From an uncultured bacterium (GTDB lineage Bacteria > Chloroflexota > UBA5177 > JANWHV01): a stretch of DNA of 64,000 nucleotides. The notes under the pieces are model-generated. The model ran no database searches, was not told the DNA's origin, and saw nothing but the letters and a program-made list of their open reading frames with translations. The stretch spans positions 672,001-736,000 of the forward strand of contig CAWHAE010000010.1 in NCBI GenBank assembly GCA_963827235.1, read 5' to 3'. Made by a program: the position numbers and the translations under genes. Of this stretch, positions 29,920 to 40,352 are shown piece by piece. Each line of letters begins with the position of its first letter. Position 1 is the stretch's first letter.

Positions 29920-31644
29920 GTGAGGAAGGACCCGCTCCCGTCGCTCTGCCCCCGGCGCAAGGCAACAGCGGCTGCCGTTGGACTCGGCGTTCTCGGCAGC
30001 GGTTTGTTGATCCTCCAGTTTGCATTCCTCAGCCGGGTGGTCACCCGTGTGTTCCAGGACCACGCCGACCTGGCCGGGGTTGCCGCTCCACTGGCTCTGC
30101 TCGCCATCACGGTCGTGCTGCGCTCGGCCGCGGCATGGCTGGGTGAGGTGGCGGCCAATCACGGCGCCGCGCAGACCAAGGCCGCTCTGCGCCGCGCGCT
30201 CTTCGCGCACCTTGCCGAGCTCGGCCCGGCCTACGCCTCGGGCGAGCGGACCGGTGAGCTGGCCAGCGCAGCCATCGATGGCGTCGAGCGCCTGGATCCC
30301 TACCTGGTGCGCTACCTGCCTCAGCGCTATCTGAGCGGCATCGTGCCGCTGCTGATCGGCTGCTCCGTGCTCAGCCGCGATCTGCTAAGCGGCATCATTC
30401 TGCTGGCCACGGCGCCGATCCTGCCCCTGCTCATGGCGCTGGTCGGCAGCTATGCCGGGGACCACATGCGGGCGCAGTGGGTGAGCCTGGGCCGGCTCAA
30501 CGCGCACCTGCTGGATGCCCTGCACGGGCTGCCCACGCTCAAGCTGTTCGGGCGCGGCGAGGCCGAAATCGACCGCGTGGCGGAAGTGAGCGCCGACTTC
30601 CGTGAGCGCACGCTCAAGGTGCTGCGCTACGCCTTCCTGAACAGCCTTGTCCTGGAGTTCATGGCCACCGCGTCCATCGCCGTGGTGGCGGTCGAACTCG
30701 GCACGCGCCTGCTTACCGGTGGCATCGCCTTCCAGACGGCATTCTGGATCCTCCTGCTGGCGCCGGAGTTCTATCGCCCACTGCGAGACCTGGGCACGCA
30801 GCGGCACGCCGCCATGGAGAGCCGCACTGCCGGCGAACGGATCGCCGCGCTACTCGCCCTCCAGGCGCCTCGCAGGCACCTGGGCACACCGGTGGCGCCG
30901 CCCCGGGCGCCGCTCACCGTCACGCTCCAGGACGTGGGTTTCAGCTACCCCAACGGCGTGCGGGCGCTCGAGGGCGTCGACCTCACGCTGGCGCCGGGCA
31001 CGCGCACCGCCGTGGTGGGCAGAACTGGCGCCGGCAAGAGCACGCTGGTCAACCTCCTGCTGGCCTATATGGAGCCCTGCGCGGGCTCGATCTTGGTGAA
31101 CGGCCGCCGGTTGGACGAGATGGCGGCCGATGCCTGGCGTGCGCGCGTCGCTCTGGTGCCGCAGCGGCCCTACCTGTTCGCCGGCACGGTGCGCGACAAC
31201 ATCCGCCTGGCCCGGCCCGATGCGGGCGACCAGGATGTCGCGCGCGCCGCCGAGCTGGCAGGTGCCGCCGAGTTCATCGCCGATCTGCCCCTAGGTTACG
31301 ACACGCCGATGGGCGAGCGGGGCTTCCGGCTCAGCGGCGGGCAGGCCCAGCGCGTGGCGCTGGCCCGCGCCTTCCTCAAGGACGCGCCATTGCTCATCCT
31401 GGACGAGCCCACCGCTCACCTGGACCCGGAGAGCGAGGCGCTTATTCGCCGCGCCCTGGACCGCCTGGTACAGGGACGGACCGTGCTGATCGTGGCGCAC
31501 CGCCTGAGCACCGTACACACGGCGGACCAGATTGCAGTGCTGGCAGGCGGCCACCTCGTGGAGTCGGGCCGCCACGGTCTGCTGCTGGCCCGCCGGGGAG
31601 CCTACTTCGACCTGGTGCACGGAGCACTGGAGCGATCGGCATGA
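29920..31644 (+). CDS. cydD: Thiol reductant/heme ABC exporter subunit CydD
   Basis: LLLAPEFYRPLR.LG...HAAM; GRTGAGKST, LSGGQAQR; upstream of cydC-cydAB. Confidence 0.9.
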   Translation: MRKDPLPSLCPRRKATAAAVGLGVLGSGLLILQFAFLSRVVTRVFQDHADLAGVAAPLALLAITVVLRSAAAWLGEVAANHGAAQTKAALRRALFAHLAELGPAYASGERTGELASAAIDGVERLDPYLVRYLPQRYLSGIVPLLIGCSVLSRDLLSGIILLATAPILPLLMALVGSYAGDHMRAQWVSLGRLNAHLLDALHGLPTLKLFGRGEAEIDRVAEVSADFRERTLKVLRYAFLNSLVLEFMATASIAVVAVELGTRLLTGGIAFQTAFWILLLAPEFYRPLRDLGTQRHAAMESRTAGERIAALLALQAPRRHLGTPVAPPRAPLTVTLQDVGFSYPNGVRALEGVDLTLAPGTRTAVVGRTGAGKSTLVNLLLAYMEPCAGSILVNGRRLDEMAADAWRARVALVPQRPYLFAGTVRDNIRLARPDAGDQDVARAAELAGAAEFIADLPLGYDTPMGERGFRLSGGQAQRVALARAFLKDAPLLILDEPTAHLDPESEALIRRALDRLVQGRTVLIVAHRLSTVHTADQIAVLAGGHLVESGRHGLLLARRGAYFDLVHGALERSA

Positions 31645-33431
31645 ACCGCCGCCTCCTCCGGCTGCTCCGGCCGTACCGCGGCCGAGTGCTGCTTGCCGTG
31701 TTGCTCGGCACCATCACCGTGGCCGGCAACATGGGTCAGCTCGGCACGGCCGCCTACCTGCTCGCCGCAGCGTCGCGCCACCCGCTCTGGATCACGCTCA
31801 CGATACCGCTGTACGTCGTGCAGTCCGCCGGGCTCGTGCGTGCGCTGGCGCGCTACGCCGAGCGCCTGGTCTCGCATGATCTGACCTTCCGCCTGCTGGC
31901 ATCCGTGCGCACGGCCTTCTTCGCCAAGCTGCTGCCCCTGGCGCCGGGCCGCCTGCAGAGTCTGCGCAGCGGCGACGTGCTGGCCAGGCTCTCCGGCGAC
32001 CTCGAGGAGTTGCAGAACCTCTACGTACGCGCCCTGGCGCCTCTGCTGGTCGCGGCAGTTGCCACGGTCGCAACGCTCCTGCTGCTCACCGCCTACAGCG
32101 TGCGCATCGCCCTAGTCGCCCTTCCCTTCTTGCTGCTGGCCGGCATCGCGTTACCCCTGCTCCTGCACCGGCTTGCCTCTGCCCTGGGATCGCGGCGCCT
32201 GGCCCTGCGGGCCGATCTGCAGTCAACGGTGATCGACGGCGTGGAAGGGATGGCCGATCTGCTGGCATTCGGCAGCGTGGAGTCCCAGGCGGATCGCATA
32301 GCCACGCTGGACCGCAGGCTGGCCTCGCTGCAGGAACGAGAGGCCATGGTGACCGGATTGCAGCTCGGCGCGGGCATCCTCTTGCCGGGCCTGGCCAGTG
32401 CGGCGGTGGTGCTGTGCGCGATCTCGTTGGTCCGCGACGGCCGCCTCTCCGGCGTGATCGTGGCCTGCCTGGTCGTGATCGTGCTGACCAGCTTCGAGGC
32501 GCTGGCGCCGGTGGCAACGGCGTTCCAGCACCTGGGCCGATCGCTGGCCGCTGGTCGGCGGCTGTTCGAGGTGGCGGACCTTCAGCCGGCCGTGACAGAC
32601 CCTGCCAGTCCGCGACCGCTCGCCGGGTGGGACGGTCTCGACTTCGACCGGGTGAGCTTCCGCTATCGCGAGGGCGAGCCGGCTGCGCTGGACGGCGTGA
32701 GCTTTCACCTGCCGGCCGGCGGTCGCCTGGCCGTGGTGGGAGCCAGCGGGTCGGGCAAGAGCACGCTGGCGGCGCTGGTGGCGCGACAATGGGATCCCGA
32801 GTCGGGCGAGATCCGGCTCGGCGCGCATCCGCTGAGCGAGTACGCGCTGGACGAGCTGCGGGACGGGATAGGCATGGTCGGCCAGTCGCCGTACCTGTTC
32901 AGCGACACGCTCAGGTGCAATCTCCTGCTCGGCAGGCCGGAGGCTACCGGCGACGAACTGCGGGAAGTCCTTCGCGCGACCAAGCTGGAGGGCTGGGTAG
33001 GCAGGCTGCCCGAGGGCGTGGACACCTGGGTGGGATCGGAAGGCACGCAGATTAGTGGCGGAGAGCGGCAGCGCGTGGCGATCGCCCGCGCCCTGCTCAA
33101 GGATCCGCGCCTGCTGATCCTCGACGAAGCGACGGCGAATCTCGATCCGCTGACCGAGCGCGACGTACTGGACGCCGTGCTCAAGCGAATGGCCGGCCGA
33201 ACCGTACTGCTGATCAGCCACCGGCTGGTACACATGGAGGCCATGGACGAGATTCTTGTCCTCGAGCGCGGGCGCGTCGTGGAGCACGGCACGCACGCCG
33301 AGCTGATGGCGGCCGGCGGTCGTTACTGCCGGATGGTGCACCTGCAGGACGAGTGGCTCGACCTGGAGGTGCCCTCTGTCGCCGAGGCCTCGGAGATTTC
33401 AGGTGCCTCGTCGGAGCTGATAGTGGCGTGA
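31641..33431 (+). CDS. cydC: ABC exporter subunit CydC
   Basis: RYAERLVSHDLTFRLLA; SGDVL.RL..D...LQ; ATGA overlap with cydD. Confidence 0.92.
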   Translation: MNRRLLRLLRPYRGRVLLAVLLGTITVAGNMGQLGTAAYLLAAASRHPLWITLTIPLYVVQSAGLVRALARYAERLVSHDLTFRLLASVRTAFFAKLLPLAPGRLQSLRSGDVLARLSGDLEELQNLYVRALAPLLVAAVATVATLLLLTAYSVRIALVALPFLLLAGIALPLLLHRLASALGSRRLALRADLQSTVIDGVEGMADLLAFGSVESQADRIATLDRRLASLQEREAMVTGLQLGAGILLPGLASAAVVLCAISLVRDGRLSGVIVACLVVIVLTSFEALAPVATAFQHLGRSLAAGRRLFEVADLQPAVTDPASPRPLAGWDGLDFDRVSFRYREGEPAALDGVSFHLPAGGRLAVVGASGSGKSTLAALVARQWDPESGEIRLGAHPLSEYALDELRDGIGMVGQSPYLFSDTLRCNLLLGRPEATGDELREVLRATKLEGWVGRLPEGVDTWVGSEGTQISGGERQRVAIARALLKDPRLLILDEATANLDPLTERDVLDAVLKRMAGRTVLLISHRLVHMEAMDEILVLERGRVVEHGTHAELMAAGGRYCRMVHLQDEWLDLEVPSVAEASEISGASSELIVA

Positions 33432-33559
33432 TGGGCTGAAAGCGGGAGGTGGAATGGCGGAGGAATGAGTCGGTCACCGGTCACCACGTCAATCCAACAG
33501 TGCTCATAGGTATTCGTCTGTGAGGAGCGGTGCCCCACCGCTGTTAGGGGAGAGACTGC

Positions 33560-34951
33560 ATGAACGATCCTACGCTGGTTTCGCGGTTCCAGTTCGCGTT
33601 TACTGTCACATACCACTATCTGTTCCCGCAGTTGACGATGGGCCTGGCGCTGCTGCTGTTCATCACCAAGAGTCTCTATATGCGGACTCACCAGGAGCGC
33701 TACAACGATGCAGCACGTTTCTGGGGCCGTATCTTCGCTCTCACATTCGTGATGGGCGTGGTCACCGGCGTGCCCATGGAGTTCCAGTTCGGCACCAACT
33801 GGGCCAAATTCTCGACACAGTCCGGTAACGTGATCGCCCAATTGCTGGCCATGGAAGGGGCCTTTGCCTTCTTCCTGGAATCCGCCGCCCTGGGCGTGTT
33901 TCTGTTTGCCGAGCGCATGTTCGGCCACCGCATCCACTGGCTTGCCTCGCTGTTCGTGTTCATCGGGTCCTGGGCGTCGGCCTACTTCATCGTGGCCACG
34001 AACGCTTGGATGCAGCACCCGGTAGCCTACAGGTTGCTGCCGGACGGCAGGCTCGACTTGAAGGACTACTGGGGCCTGCTGTTCAATTCCTGGGTCGGGC
34101 CCGAGTACTTCCACGTCATGTGCGGCACGGCCGTAACGGCCAGCTTCACCATGGCGGGCCTGGGCGCCTTCTACGTGCTGGCTCGCCGGCACGTCGAGTT
34201 CGGCAAGCTCTTCATCAGCGTCGGCGTGTGCGTGGGCCTGGTGGCCAGCATCCTGCAGCTCATGCCGTCGGGCGACATGTCGGGCGTGCAGGTGGCCCAC
34301 GATCAGCCCACGACGCTGGCGGCCATGGAGGGGCTGTTTACCAGCGAGAACGGAGCCGGCATCGCGATCATCGGCCAGCCCAACATGGGCGCGAATCGCC
34401 TGGACAATGGGCTGATCGTGCCGAAGATGCTCAGCTTCCTCAGCTATCGATCCTGGAACCAGAACATCAAGGGCCTGGAGTCCTTCGCACGGGACCTGTG
34501 GCCGGACAACGTCCCGTTCCTCTATTACGCCTATCACATGATGGTCGGGCTGGGGACGTTCTTTATCCTGATCATGGCCCTGTCCGTTCTCCTGTTGTGG
34601 CGCAAGCGCCTGTTCGACTTCCGGCCCATGCTCTGGGTGCTCATGCTTGCCCTGCCGTTCCCCTTCATCGCCAATACATCGGGCTGGTTCACGGCCGAGC
34701 TGGGCCGGCAGCCCTGGCTGGCATTCGGCGTGCTGCGCACCGGCACGGGCGGCTCACCGGCCCTCGACGGCGGCACAGTAGTGTTCACGCTGATCGGCAT
34801 GTGCGGCATGTACATGGTCCTGGGCCTCCTCTACCTCGTGCTGGTGCTGCGCGAAGCCGCGCACGGCCCGGAAGCAAGCGAGGACCCGCTGGGCGCGCCG
34901 CCGGCCTCCGGTCCGGGCAAGCCTCGGCGTGAGATGGCAGTGCTGGATTGA
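33560..34951 (+). CDS. cydA: Cytochrome bd oxidase subunit I (short Q-loop)
   Basis: SRFQFAFT..YHYLF, EFQFGTNW, NAWMQHP, YHMMVGLG, AELGRQPW. Confidence 0.97.
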   Translation: MNDPTLVSRFQFAFTVTYHYLFPQLTMGLALLLFITKSLYMRTHQERYNDAARFWGRIFALTFVMGVVTGVPMEFQFGTNWAKFSTQSGNVIAQLLAMEGAFAFFLESAALGVFLFAERMFGHRIHWLASLFVFIGSWASAYFIVATNAWMQHPVAYRLLPDGRLDLKDYWGLLFNSWVGPEYFHVMCGTAVTASFTMAGLGAFYVLARRHVEFGKLFISVGVCVGLVASILQLMPSGDMSGVQVAHDQPTTLAAMEGLFTSENGAGIAIIGQPNMGANRLDNGLIVPKMLSFLSYRSWNQNIKGLESFARDLWPDNVPFLYYAYHMMVGLGTFFILIMALSVLLLWRKRLFDFRPMLWVLMLALPFPFIANTSGWFTAELGRQPWLAFGVLRTGTGGSPALDGGTVVFTLIGMCGMYMVLGLLYLVLVLREAAHGPEASEDPLGAPPASGPGKPRREMAVLD

Positions 34952-34964
34952 AAGGAGGGAGTCC

Positions 34965-36023
34965 ATGCAAACGCTTTGGTTCATACTCGTAGCCGTGATG
35001 ATCGGGATCTACGTCGTGCTCGACGGCTTCGACATCGGCGTGGGCGCCCTGCACCTGGTGATGGCGCGCACACCTGCCGAACGGCGCGTGGTGCGACGTA
35101 CCATCGGTCCCGTCTGGGACGCCAACGAGGTGTGGCTGCTGGCCGGCGGCGGGGCGCTCTTCTTCGCCTTCCCGGCGTTGTACAGCGCCGGGTTCAGCGG
35201 ATTCTATCTACCGCTGTTCGTAGTGCTGTGGCTGCTCATGCTGCGCGCGGTGGCGATCGAGTTCAGCGGCCATGTCGACCACGAGATGTGGACGCAGTTC
35301 TGGGACGTCGTGTTCTGCGGCGCCAGCGCCCTGCTGGCGATCTTCTTCGGCGCCGCGCTGGCAAACGTGGTCCGCGGAGTGCCGCTGGACAAGACGCACT
35401 CCTTCTACGTGCCGTTGTGGAGCACGTTCGATCCGCGCAGCATGCACCCCGGCGTCCTGGACTGGTACACGGTGCTGATCGCCGTGCTGGCATTCGCGAC
35501 GCTCTGCCTGCACGGCGCCAACTACCTGGCGCTCAGGACCGACGGGGACATTCGCACGCGCGCGCGGGTTGCCGGGCGCTTCGCCTGGCTGGCGACCATC
35601 GTGCTCACAGTGCTGGGCACGATCGGCACACACTACGTGCGCGACAACATGTTCGACAACTTCAAGACCTATCCCTGGGGTGTCATCCTGCCGATCCTGG
35701 CCGTCGCCGGGCTGCTTGGCATGGGCTACGCGGTCGCGCGGCAGCGCGACGACGTGGCGCTGCTGTCGTCGACCGCTTATATTCTGGGCATGCTGACCAG
35801 CACAGTCTTCGTGCTCTACCCGCTCGTGCTTCCGGCCAAGGACGCCGCGTTCAATCTGACCATCCACAACGCATCGACGAGCGAGTACGGCCTGGAGGTC
35901 GGTCTGCGCTGGTGGCTGGTGGGCATGGTCCTGGCCGCCATCTACTTCGTGACCGTCTACCGCCTGTTCCGGTCCAAGGTTCGCCCGAGCGACGTGACGG
36001 AGGCGCAGCCTTACGGCGGCTGA
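34965..36023 (+). CDS. cydB: Cytochrome bd oxidase subunit II
   Basis: LDGFDIGVG, IGPVWDANEVWL; RBS aggagg. Confidence 0.97.
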   Translation: MQTLWFILVAVMIGIYVVLDGFDIGVGALHLVMARTPAERRVVRRTIGPVWDANEVWLLAGGGALFFAFPALYSAGFSGFYLPLFVVLWLLMLRAVAIEFSGHVDHEMWTQFWDVVFCGASALLAIFFGAALANVVRGVPLDKTHSFYVPLWSTFDPRSMHPGVLDWYTVLIAVLAFATLCLHGANYLALRTDGDIRTRARVAGRFAWLATIVLTVLGTIGTHYVRDNMFDNFKTYPWGVILPILAVAGLLGMGYAVARQRDDVALLSSTAYILGMLTSTVFVLYPLVLPAKDAAFNLTIHNASTSEYGLEVGLRWWLVGMVLAAIYFVTVYRLFRSKVRPSDVTEAQPYGG

Positions 36024-36053
36024 GCACGGCACATGCGCGGCACACGAGCATCT

Positions 36054-36082
36054 GAAGGGGCGGCCAACGCGGCCGCCCCTTC
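36054..36082. terminator. GC-rich hairpin between convergent cydB and SBP genes
   Basis: gaaggggcggcc-aacgc-ggccgccccttc, 12-bp stem. Confidence 0.65.
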
Positions 36083-36166
36083 GGCGCCAGGCGAGGGCGC
36101 CTTCTGCCCGAGTCCACTGCCTGCTCTTGCCTACGCGGAGTCAGACTCGGCGCGGTGCTTGCAGCC

Positions 36167-37402
36167 TCATTGCCATCGCGGCTTGGGGAACTCCGGCACC
36201 GCGGCAGCTGCCGACTCTGGAAAGACCGGCAGGAATATGCCATTCTGCCATTGGAAGAGATAGGCCTCTGCCCGGATGTTCCGGCCCGCGCGGTCGAACT
36301 CGACGAGCCCTTGCACGCTGTTATACGTGCCCAAGTGCAGCGCCACGGTGAGCGACGCGTTATCGAGACTGTGCAATCTCGTGACTGCCTGGGACAAAAC
36401 CTGGCCGACTGCGTACGCCTCCGCAACGTCGGCACTGATGGAGTCCGCCGTGCCGCCATATCTGGCCAGATACGCCTTCACCATGTCTGCGTTGGCCAGC
36501 GTGCCGGCTTCCGGATACCAGCCGTTGGGTACGAAGATGCCCTCCGCATTCCGCAGGCCGACCGCATCCGTAAACTCCCTGCCTTGGTCTGGTCCGGACG
36601 TGGCGATCAGGGCTTCCGGGTTGTAATGCGTCTGGCGGAACCTGGAGACAAGGGCCACACTGTCGGCGAAGTACGTGCCCAGCACGGCGACCTGAGCCTG
36701 CGAGTTCGCCACCTTGTCGGCAACAGGCGCGTAGTTGGTGGTCGAGGGTGAGTAGGTGACGTTGCAGATGGTGCGCACGCCGCCTTTCTCCAGCAGGGAT
36801 CGCGCAAGGGCGACTTGCGGCTCGGCAAAAGGATCGTCCTCGGTGGCGTAGGCGGCCGTCTTGGGGCGCAGGCTGGCCGGCAGCGAGAGGATGTAGCGTG
36901 TGAAGCTGGTCAGGAGATTGACCACCGGCAGGGAGACGTCGAAGACGTTGCGCAGCCCACGTGTGAATACGCTGGGCCCCCCGCCCGCACCCTCCACAAG
37001 CGCGTAGCCGTAGCGACCGGCCACCACGGACGCGGGTAGAGTCAGCAAGGTGGAGAACGGTCCGAACAGCAGATTCACGTGGTCGCGCGCGATCAGCTGC
37101 TGGTAGTTGGCGGTCACGCGCGACGCGCTGCTGCCGTCGTCCAGGATGCGGATAGTCACAGGTCGGCCCAGCAAGCCACCGGACTTGTTGACGGCATCCT
37201 CCCACAGCAGATAGCCCTGCTTGAACGCCAGCCCATCGGCGGCGAAGTTGCCCGTGAGGGAGAGCGAGGCGCCGATGACGATGGGCGGCCGGGCCCCGTC
37301 CGAGGCTGCCAGCACGCCGGTACCCCAGCTGCCCGCCACCAGACAGGCAACGCAGGCCAGGCAGTACAGCCTCGTCCAGATGTGCGGCGCTGTGCCCTCC
37401 AT
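36167..37402 (-). CDS. LivK/LivJ-type solute-binding protein, no cognate permease nearby
   Basis: IGASLSLTG.FA.DG, VN.SGGLLGRPV, LLFGPFST. Confidence 0.88.
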   Translation of the reverse strand: MEGTAPHIWTRLYCLACVACLVAGSWGTGVLAASDGARPPIVIGASLSLTGNFAADGLAFKQGYLLWEDAVNKSGGLLGRPVTIRILDDGSSASRVTANYQQLIARDHVNLLFGPFSTLLTLPASVVAGRYGYALVEGAGGGPSVFTRGLRNVFDVSLPVVNLLTSFTRYILSLPASLRPKTAAYATEDDPFAEPQVALARSLLEKGGVRTICNVTYSPSTTNYAPVADKVANSQAQVAVLGTYFADSVALVSRFRQTHYNPEALIATSGPDQGREFTDAVGLRNAEGIFVPNGWYPEAGTLANADMVKAYLARYGGTADSISADVAEAYAVGQVLSQAVTRLHSLDNASLTVALHLGTYNSVQGLVEFDRAGRNIRAEAYLFQWQNGIFLPVFPESAAAAVPEFPKPRWQ

Positions 37403-37468
37403 AACCGTGCCCTCCCCGTTGTCGCTGCCTGCAACACCGCGACCTTCCGCCGCGCGCTTGCCAGCCGT

Positions 37469-39472
37469 CTACGTCTGGCGCGCTGCTTGCGCGCGACTCT
37501 GCTGCCTCAGGTGAAAATGAGCCGGCGACGCGACACGCTGCTGGCGCGGCACCATCATGAGAGTCGAGGCGGTTGCAAGCTCGAAGCTCGGGCGGCCGAG
37601 AAGATAGCCCTGCACCGCATGCACCTGGCGGTCCGGACTCTCGCGGGCTGCCTGGCAGAGAAAATCCAGCATCGCCTCGTTCTCTATCCCTTCGGCGATC
37701 ACGAAGGTGCCCGCCTCGAGCGCGAATGCGAGAATCGCGGCCAAGACCGATCGAGCCGTGGTGTCGACCAGCGCCCCAGCCACGATCTCGCGGTCAACCT
37801 TGAGATAGTCGACCGGTACCATGCGCAACATGTCCAGCCCGGTATACCCCACGCCCATGTCGTCCAGGGCGATGTTGAATCCAAGCTCGCGCAGGCGCTT
37901 GGTCTCGCGACGGACTACCGCCGGCCGCGCCAGGCAGCGCTCCGTGATCTCCAGTACCACGCGTTCTGGCGACAGCCCGGCAGCGCGGACTGCCCGTGCG
38001 AAGGATTCGCCTGTGAAGGCCGGGTGCTCAAGCGACTGGGGCGAGAGGTTGATGAATAAGAGCACACCGGCGGGCAGCTCGTGCGCGCGGAGTAGCACGG
38101 ACTCGCGGCACAGCGCGTCGAGCTCCGGGCCGCGGCCCACGTGTTCGGCAACATCAAAGGCTTCCTGCGGCCCCGCCAGACCGTAGTCCTCGCCAGGTCT
38201 GGCCAGCGCCTCGTAGCCCAGCAGCGAGCCACTCTCGAGCTGCCAGATGGGCTGGAAAGCTACGCGCATCCGCCTCTCGTCCAGCAGCCGCAGGACAGCA
38301 TGTACTTTGGCGGTAGTGAAGATGCCTGCCGTTTCCTGGATCTCCGCAAAGGTCACGACGATATTGCGGCCGCGTCGCTTGGCCTCATAGAGCGCCGCAT
38401 CAGCCTGCTCGCGCAACGACGCAATATCCCCCTTCCCCTGTGCCACGGTCGCGATGCCGACGCTCAGGGTGGCCCCCAAAAGCTGCCGCTCCGCCGCAGC
38501 CCGCAGATGATTCAGGGCGGCAACCGCACCGAGGTCTCCCGACATAGCCATGATCAGCGCGAACTCGTCGCCTCCGATGCGGAAAGCCCGGTCCTCGGCA
38601 CGGCCGGAACGCAGGAGCGTACCCAGTTCCGCCAGCACGTGGTCCCCGTGGCCGTGTCCATGGCGATCATTGATTTGCTTGAAGCCGTCGACGTCGATTA
38701 CCGCCAGCACCAGCACCTCACCGCGGCGCTGCGCGGCGGCAAACTGTGCTTCCAGCTCCTCAAGGTAAGCCCGATGGTTGCCCAGGCCGGTGAGGTTGTC
38801 GGTCAGGGCGCGCTGCTGCAAATGCTCGATCTCGGACCGCGCGATCGCATCGATGTGGCGCTGGTAGAAGCGAAACAGGAAGCCGAAAACGACGAGCAGG
38901 AGGAGTCCCGGTGCAAAGGTTACGATGGTAGCCGTGCGGACAAACTGCTCCGACCGGGTCTGCGTGCGCATGCTTGCCGTAAGCTGCCGAGTCGTGGCGT
39001 CGGACGCGTCAGAGATGAGCTGGTCCATCGACCGGAACAGCGGCTCGATTTCGAGGTTGTCGATCGATACTCCAATCTGGAGCTGACCTTTGTCGAGTGT
39101 GGAGAAAAACCATCTCGTGACCGTGACGAAGCGGGCCTGCAGCGTCTCTAGCTGTGTGAACGTGGGTTCGTCCGCCGGACTGCCGGTGCGGCCGGCCTGG
39201 AGCAAGGCCGTCCGCACCGCGTCCGTGCGCGCCTGGAATTGCCGGCGCGCGTCATCGGGCTGCAGGTAGTACTCTCGCTGCAGGGAGATCTCCTGGTCGA
39301 CGCGGTGTCGCAAGTCTTGCAGCACGTCGTTGCGGTCGACCTCAGCCGTGACCTGAGCGGTCACCTGGCGCGTCAGCAGCGCGCCGCCCAGGCCCACTGT
39401 GACCAGCAGGACCAACACGATGGTCATGCCCATCGTAGCAAGAGTACCCAGATGGCGCGACCATCCCGTCAC
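37469..39472 (-). CDS. Membrane-bound GGDEF-EAL protein with extracellular four-helix-bundle-like sensor
   Basis: Two TM helices; RAED I-site plus GGDEF; YEALAR, FINLS, LEITE, DDMG.G, AEGIE, QGY. Confidence 0.92.
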   Translation of the reverse strand: MTGWSRHLGTLATMGMTIVLVLLVTVGLGGALLTRQVTAQVTAEVDRNDVLQDLRHRVDQEISLQREYYLQPDDARRQFQARTDAVRTALLQAGRTGSPADEPTFTQLETLQARFVTVTRWFFSTLDKGQLQIGVSIDNLEIEPLFRSMDQLISDASDATTRQLTASMRTQTRSEQFVRTATIVTFAPGLLLLVVFGFLFRFYQRHIDAIARSEIEHLQQRALTDNLTGLGNHRAYLEELEAQFAAAQRRGEVLVLAVIDVDGFKQINDRHGHGHGDHVLAELGTLLRSGRAEDRAFRIGGDEFALIMAMSGDLGAVAALNHLRAAAERQLLGATLSVGIATVAQGKGDIASLREQADAALYEAKRRGRNIVVTFAEIQETAGIFTTAKVHAVLRLLDERRMRVAFQPIWQLESGSLLGYEALARPGEDYGLAGPQEAFDVAEHVGRGPELDALCRESVLLRAHELPAGVLLFINLSPQSLEHPAFTGESFARAVRAAGLSPERVVLEITERCLARPAVVRRETKRLRELGFNIALDDMGVGYTGLDMLRMVPVDYLKVDREIVAGALVDTTARSVLAAILAFALEAGTFVIAEGIENEAMLDFLCQAARESPDRQVHAVQGYLLGRPSFELATASTLMMVPRQQRVASPAHFHLRQQSRAQAARQT

Positions 39473-39799
39473 GGAGTCAGTTCCCTGCTACTTTCGCCGG
39501 CGTCCGCATTCAGCCAAGCTATCGCGTAGGGCCGCACACGCCACGCGACCAGATCGACGTGATCCCCGACCAATTATCGCCTTGCCTCATCGCGCGTGCC
39601 ATGGCCCAATCGTGTTTGAATCGGATTGCGCCGCGGCAGATCTCGTCCACGATCGAACGGTCTCAGTCGAGGGCGACCCGCTGCTGCATCAGCTTGCCAT
39701 GCGGGACCGTTCTCGCTCGCCGCGCCATCTCAAGTTCAACGAAAGGTGGAATAGTGCCAGGAACGCCTGGCGCCCAAGACACGGTCTCTCAGGTTGGAC

Positions 39800-40230
39800 A
39801 GGCACGATACCTGCGGTCTGAGCGGAGTGACAGTGTCCGGCGGCCCCGGTGGTGCAGACGGGCAAGCTCGGGCGACACATATGTAGTGCGACGGAGTTGC
39901 ATACAAATCGGCAGTCGTAGCTCTTGTGCTGTATGGAGACCGGTTGCGGATCGGCATGGCTGCTGGGGAGGGCTGGTTCCCGTTTGGTCTGGAGCGCGTC
40001 GTCACCAGAGCCAAGGAGAACGTGGTCTACGAGTTTGACGGCCAGTCTGCTCTGGATCTCTCCAAGCGGTACCTGGGCGAGCACGCACGGCGCCTTCCGC
40101 AGAACGCACTCATGTTTCCACTGGTCATGCGGTTCGCCGACACAAACGGCGTCGTGGTCCGCGGCGTCACCGGGATTAGCGAGGAGGAACACAGCCTCAC
40201 CTTCGCCGGCGACGTGCTGAAAGGGCCTGC
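39800..40230 (+). pseudogene. FIST signal-transduction domain fragment
   Basis: VTVSGG..G.DG...*CDG...AVVALVLYGDRLRIG...GW.PFG.ER.VTRA..NV.YE.DG..AL...YLGEHA..LP...L.FPL...SLTFAGDV; in-frame TAG ~39884. Confidence 0.8.
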
Positions 40231-40352
40231 CGGGAGCACGTTCCGCTTCGTGCTGCCGGCGTATTGTTGACGGCAACGGTACCGGCCCTGGTCGCGTTGT
40301 TTCCAGCTGCCTCCAGCTGTGCGGCAAGCAGGCGAACGACACCGGCAGCGGC

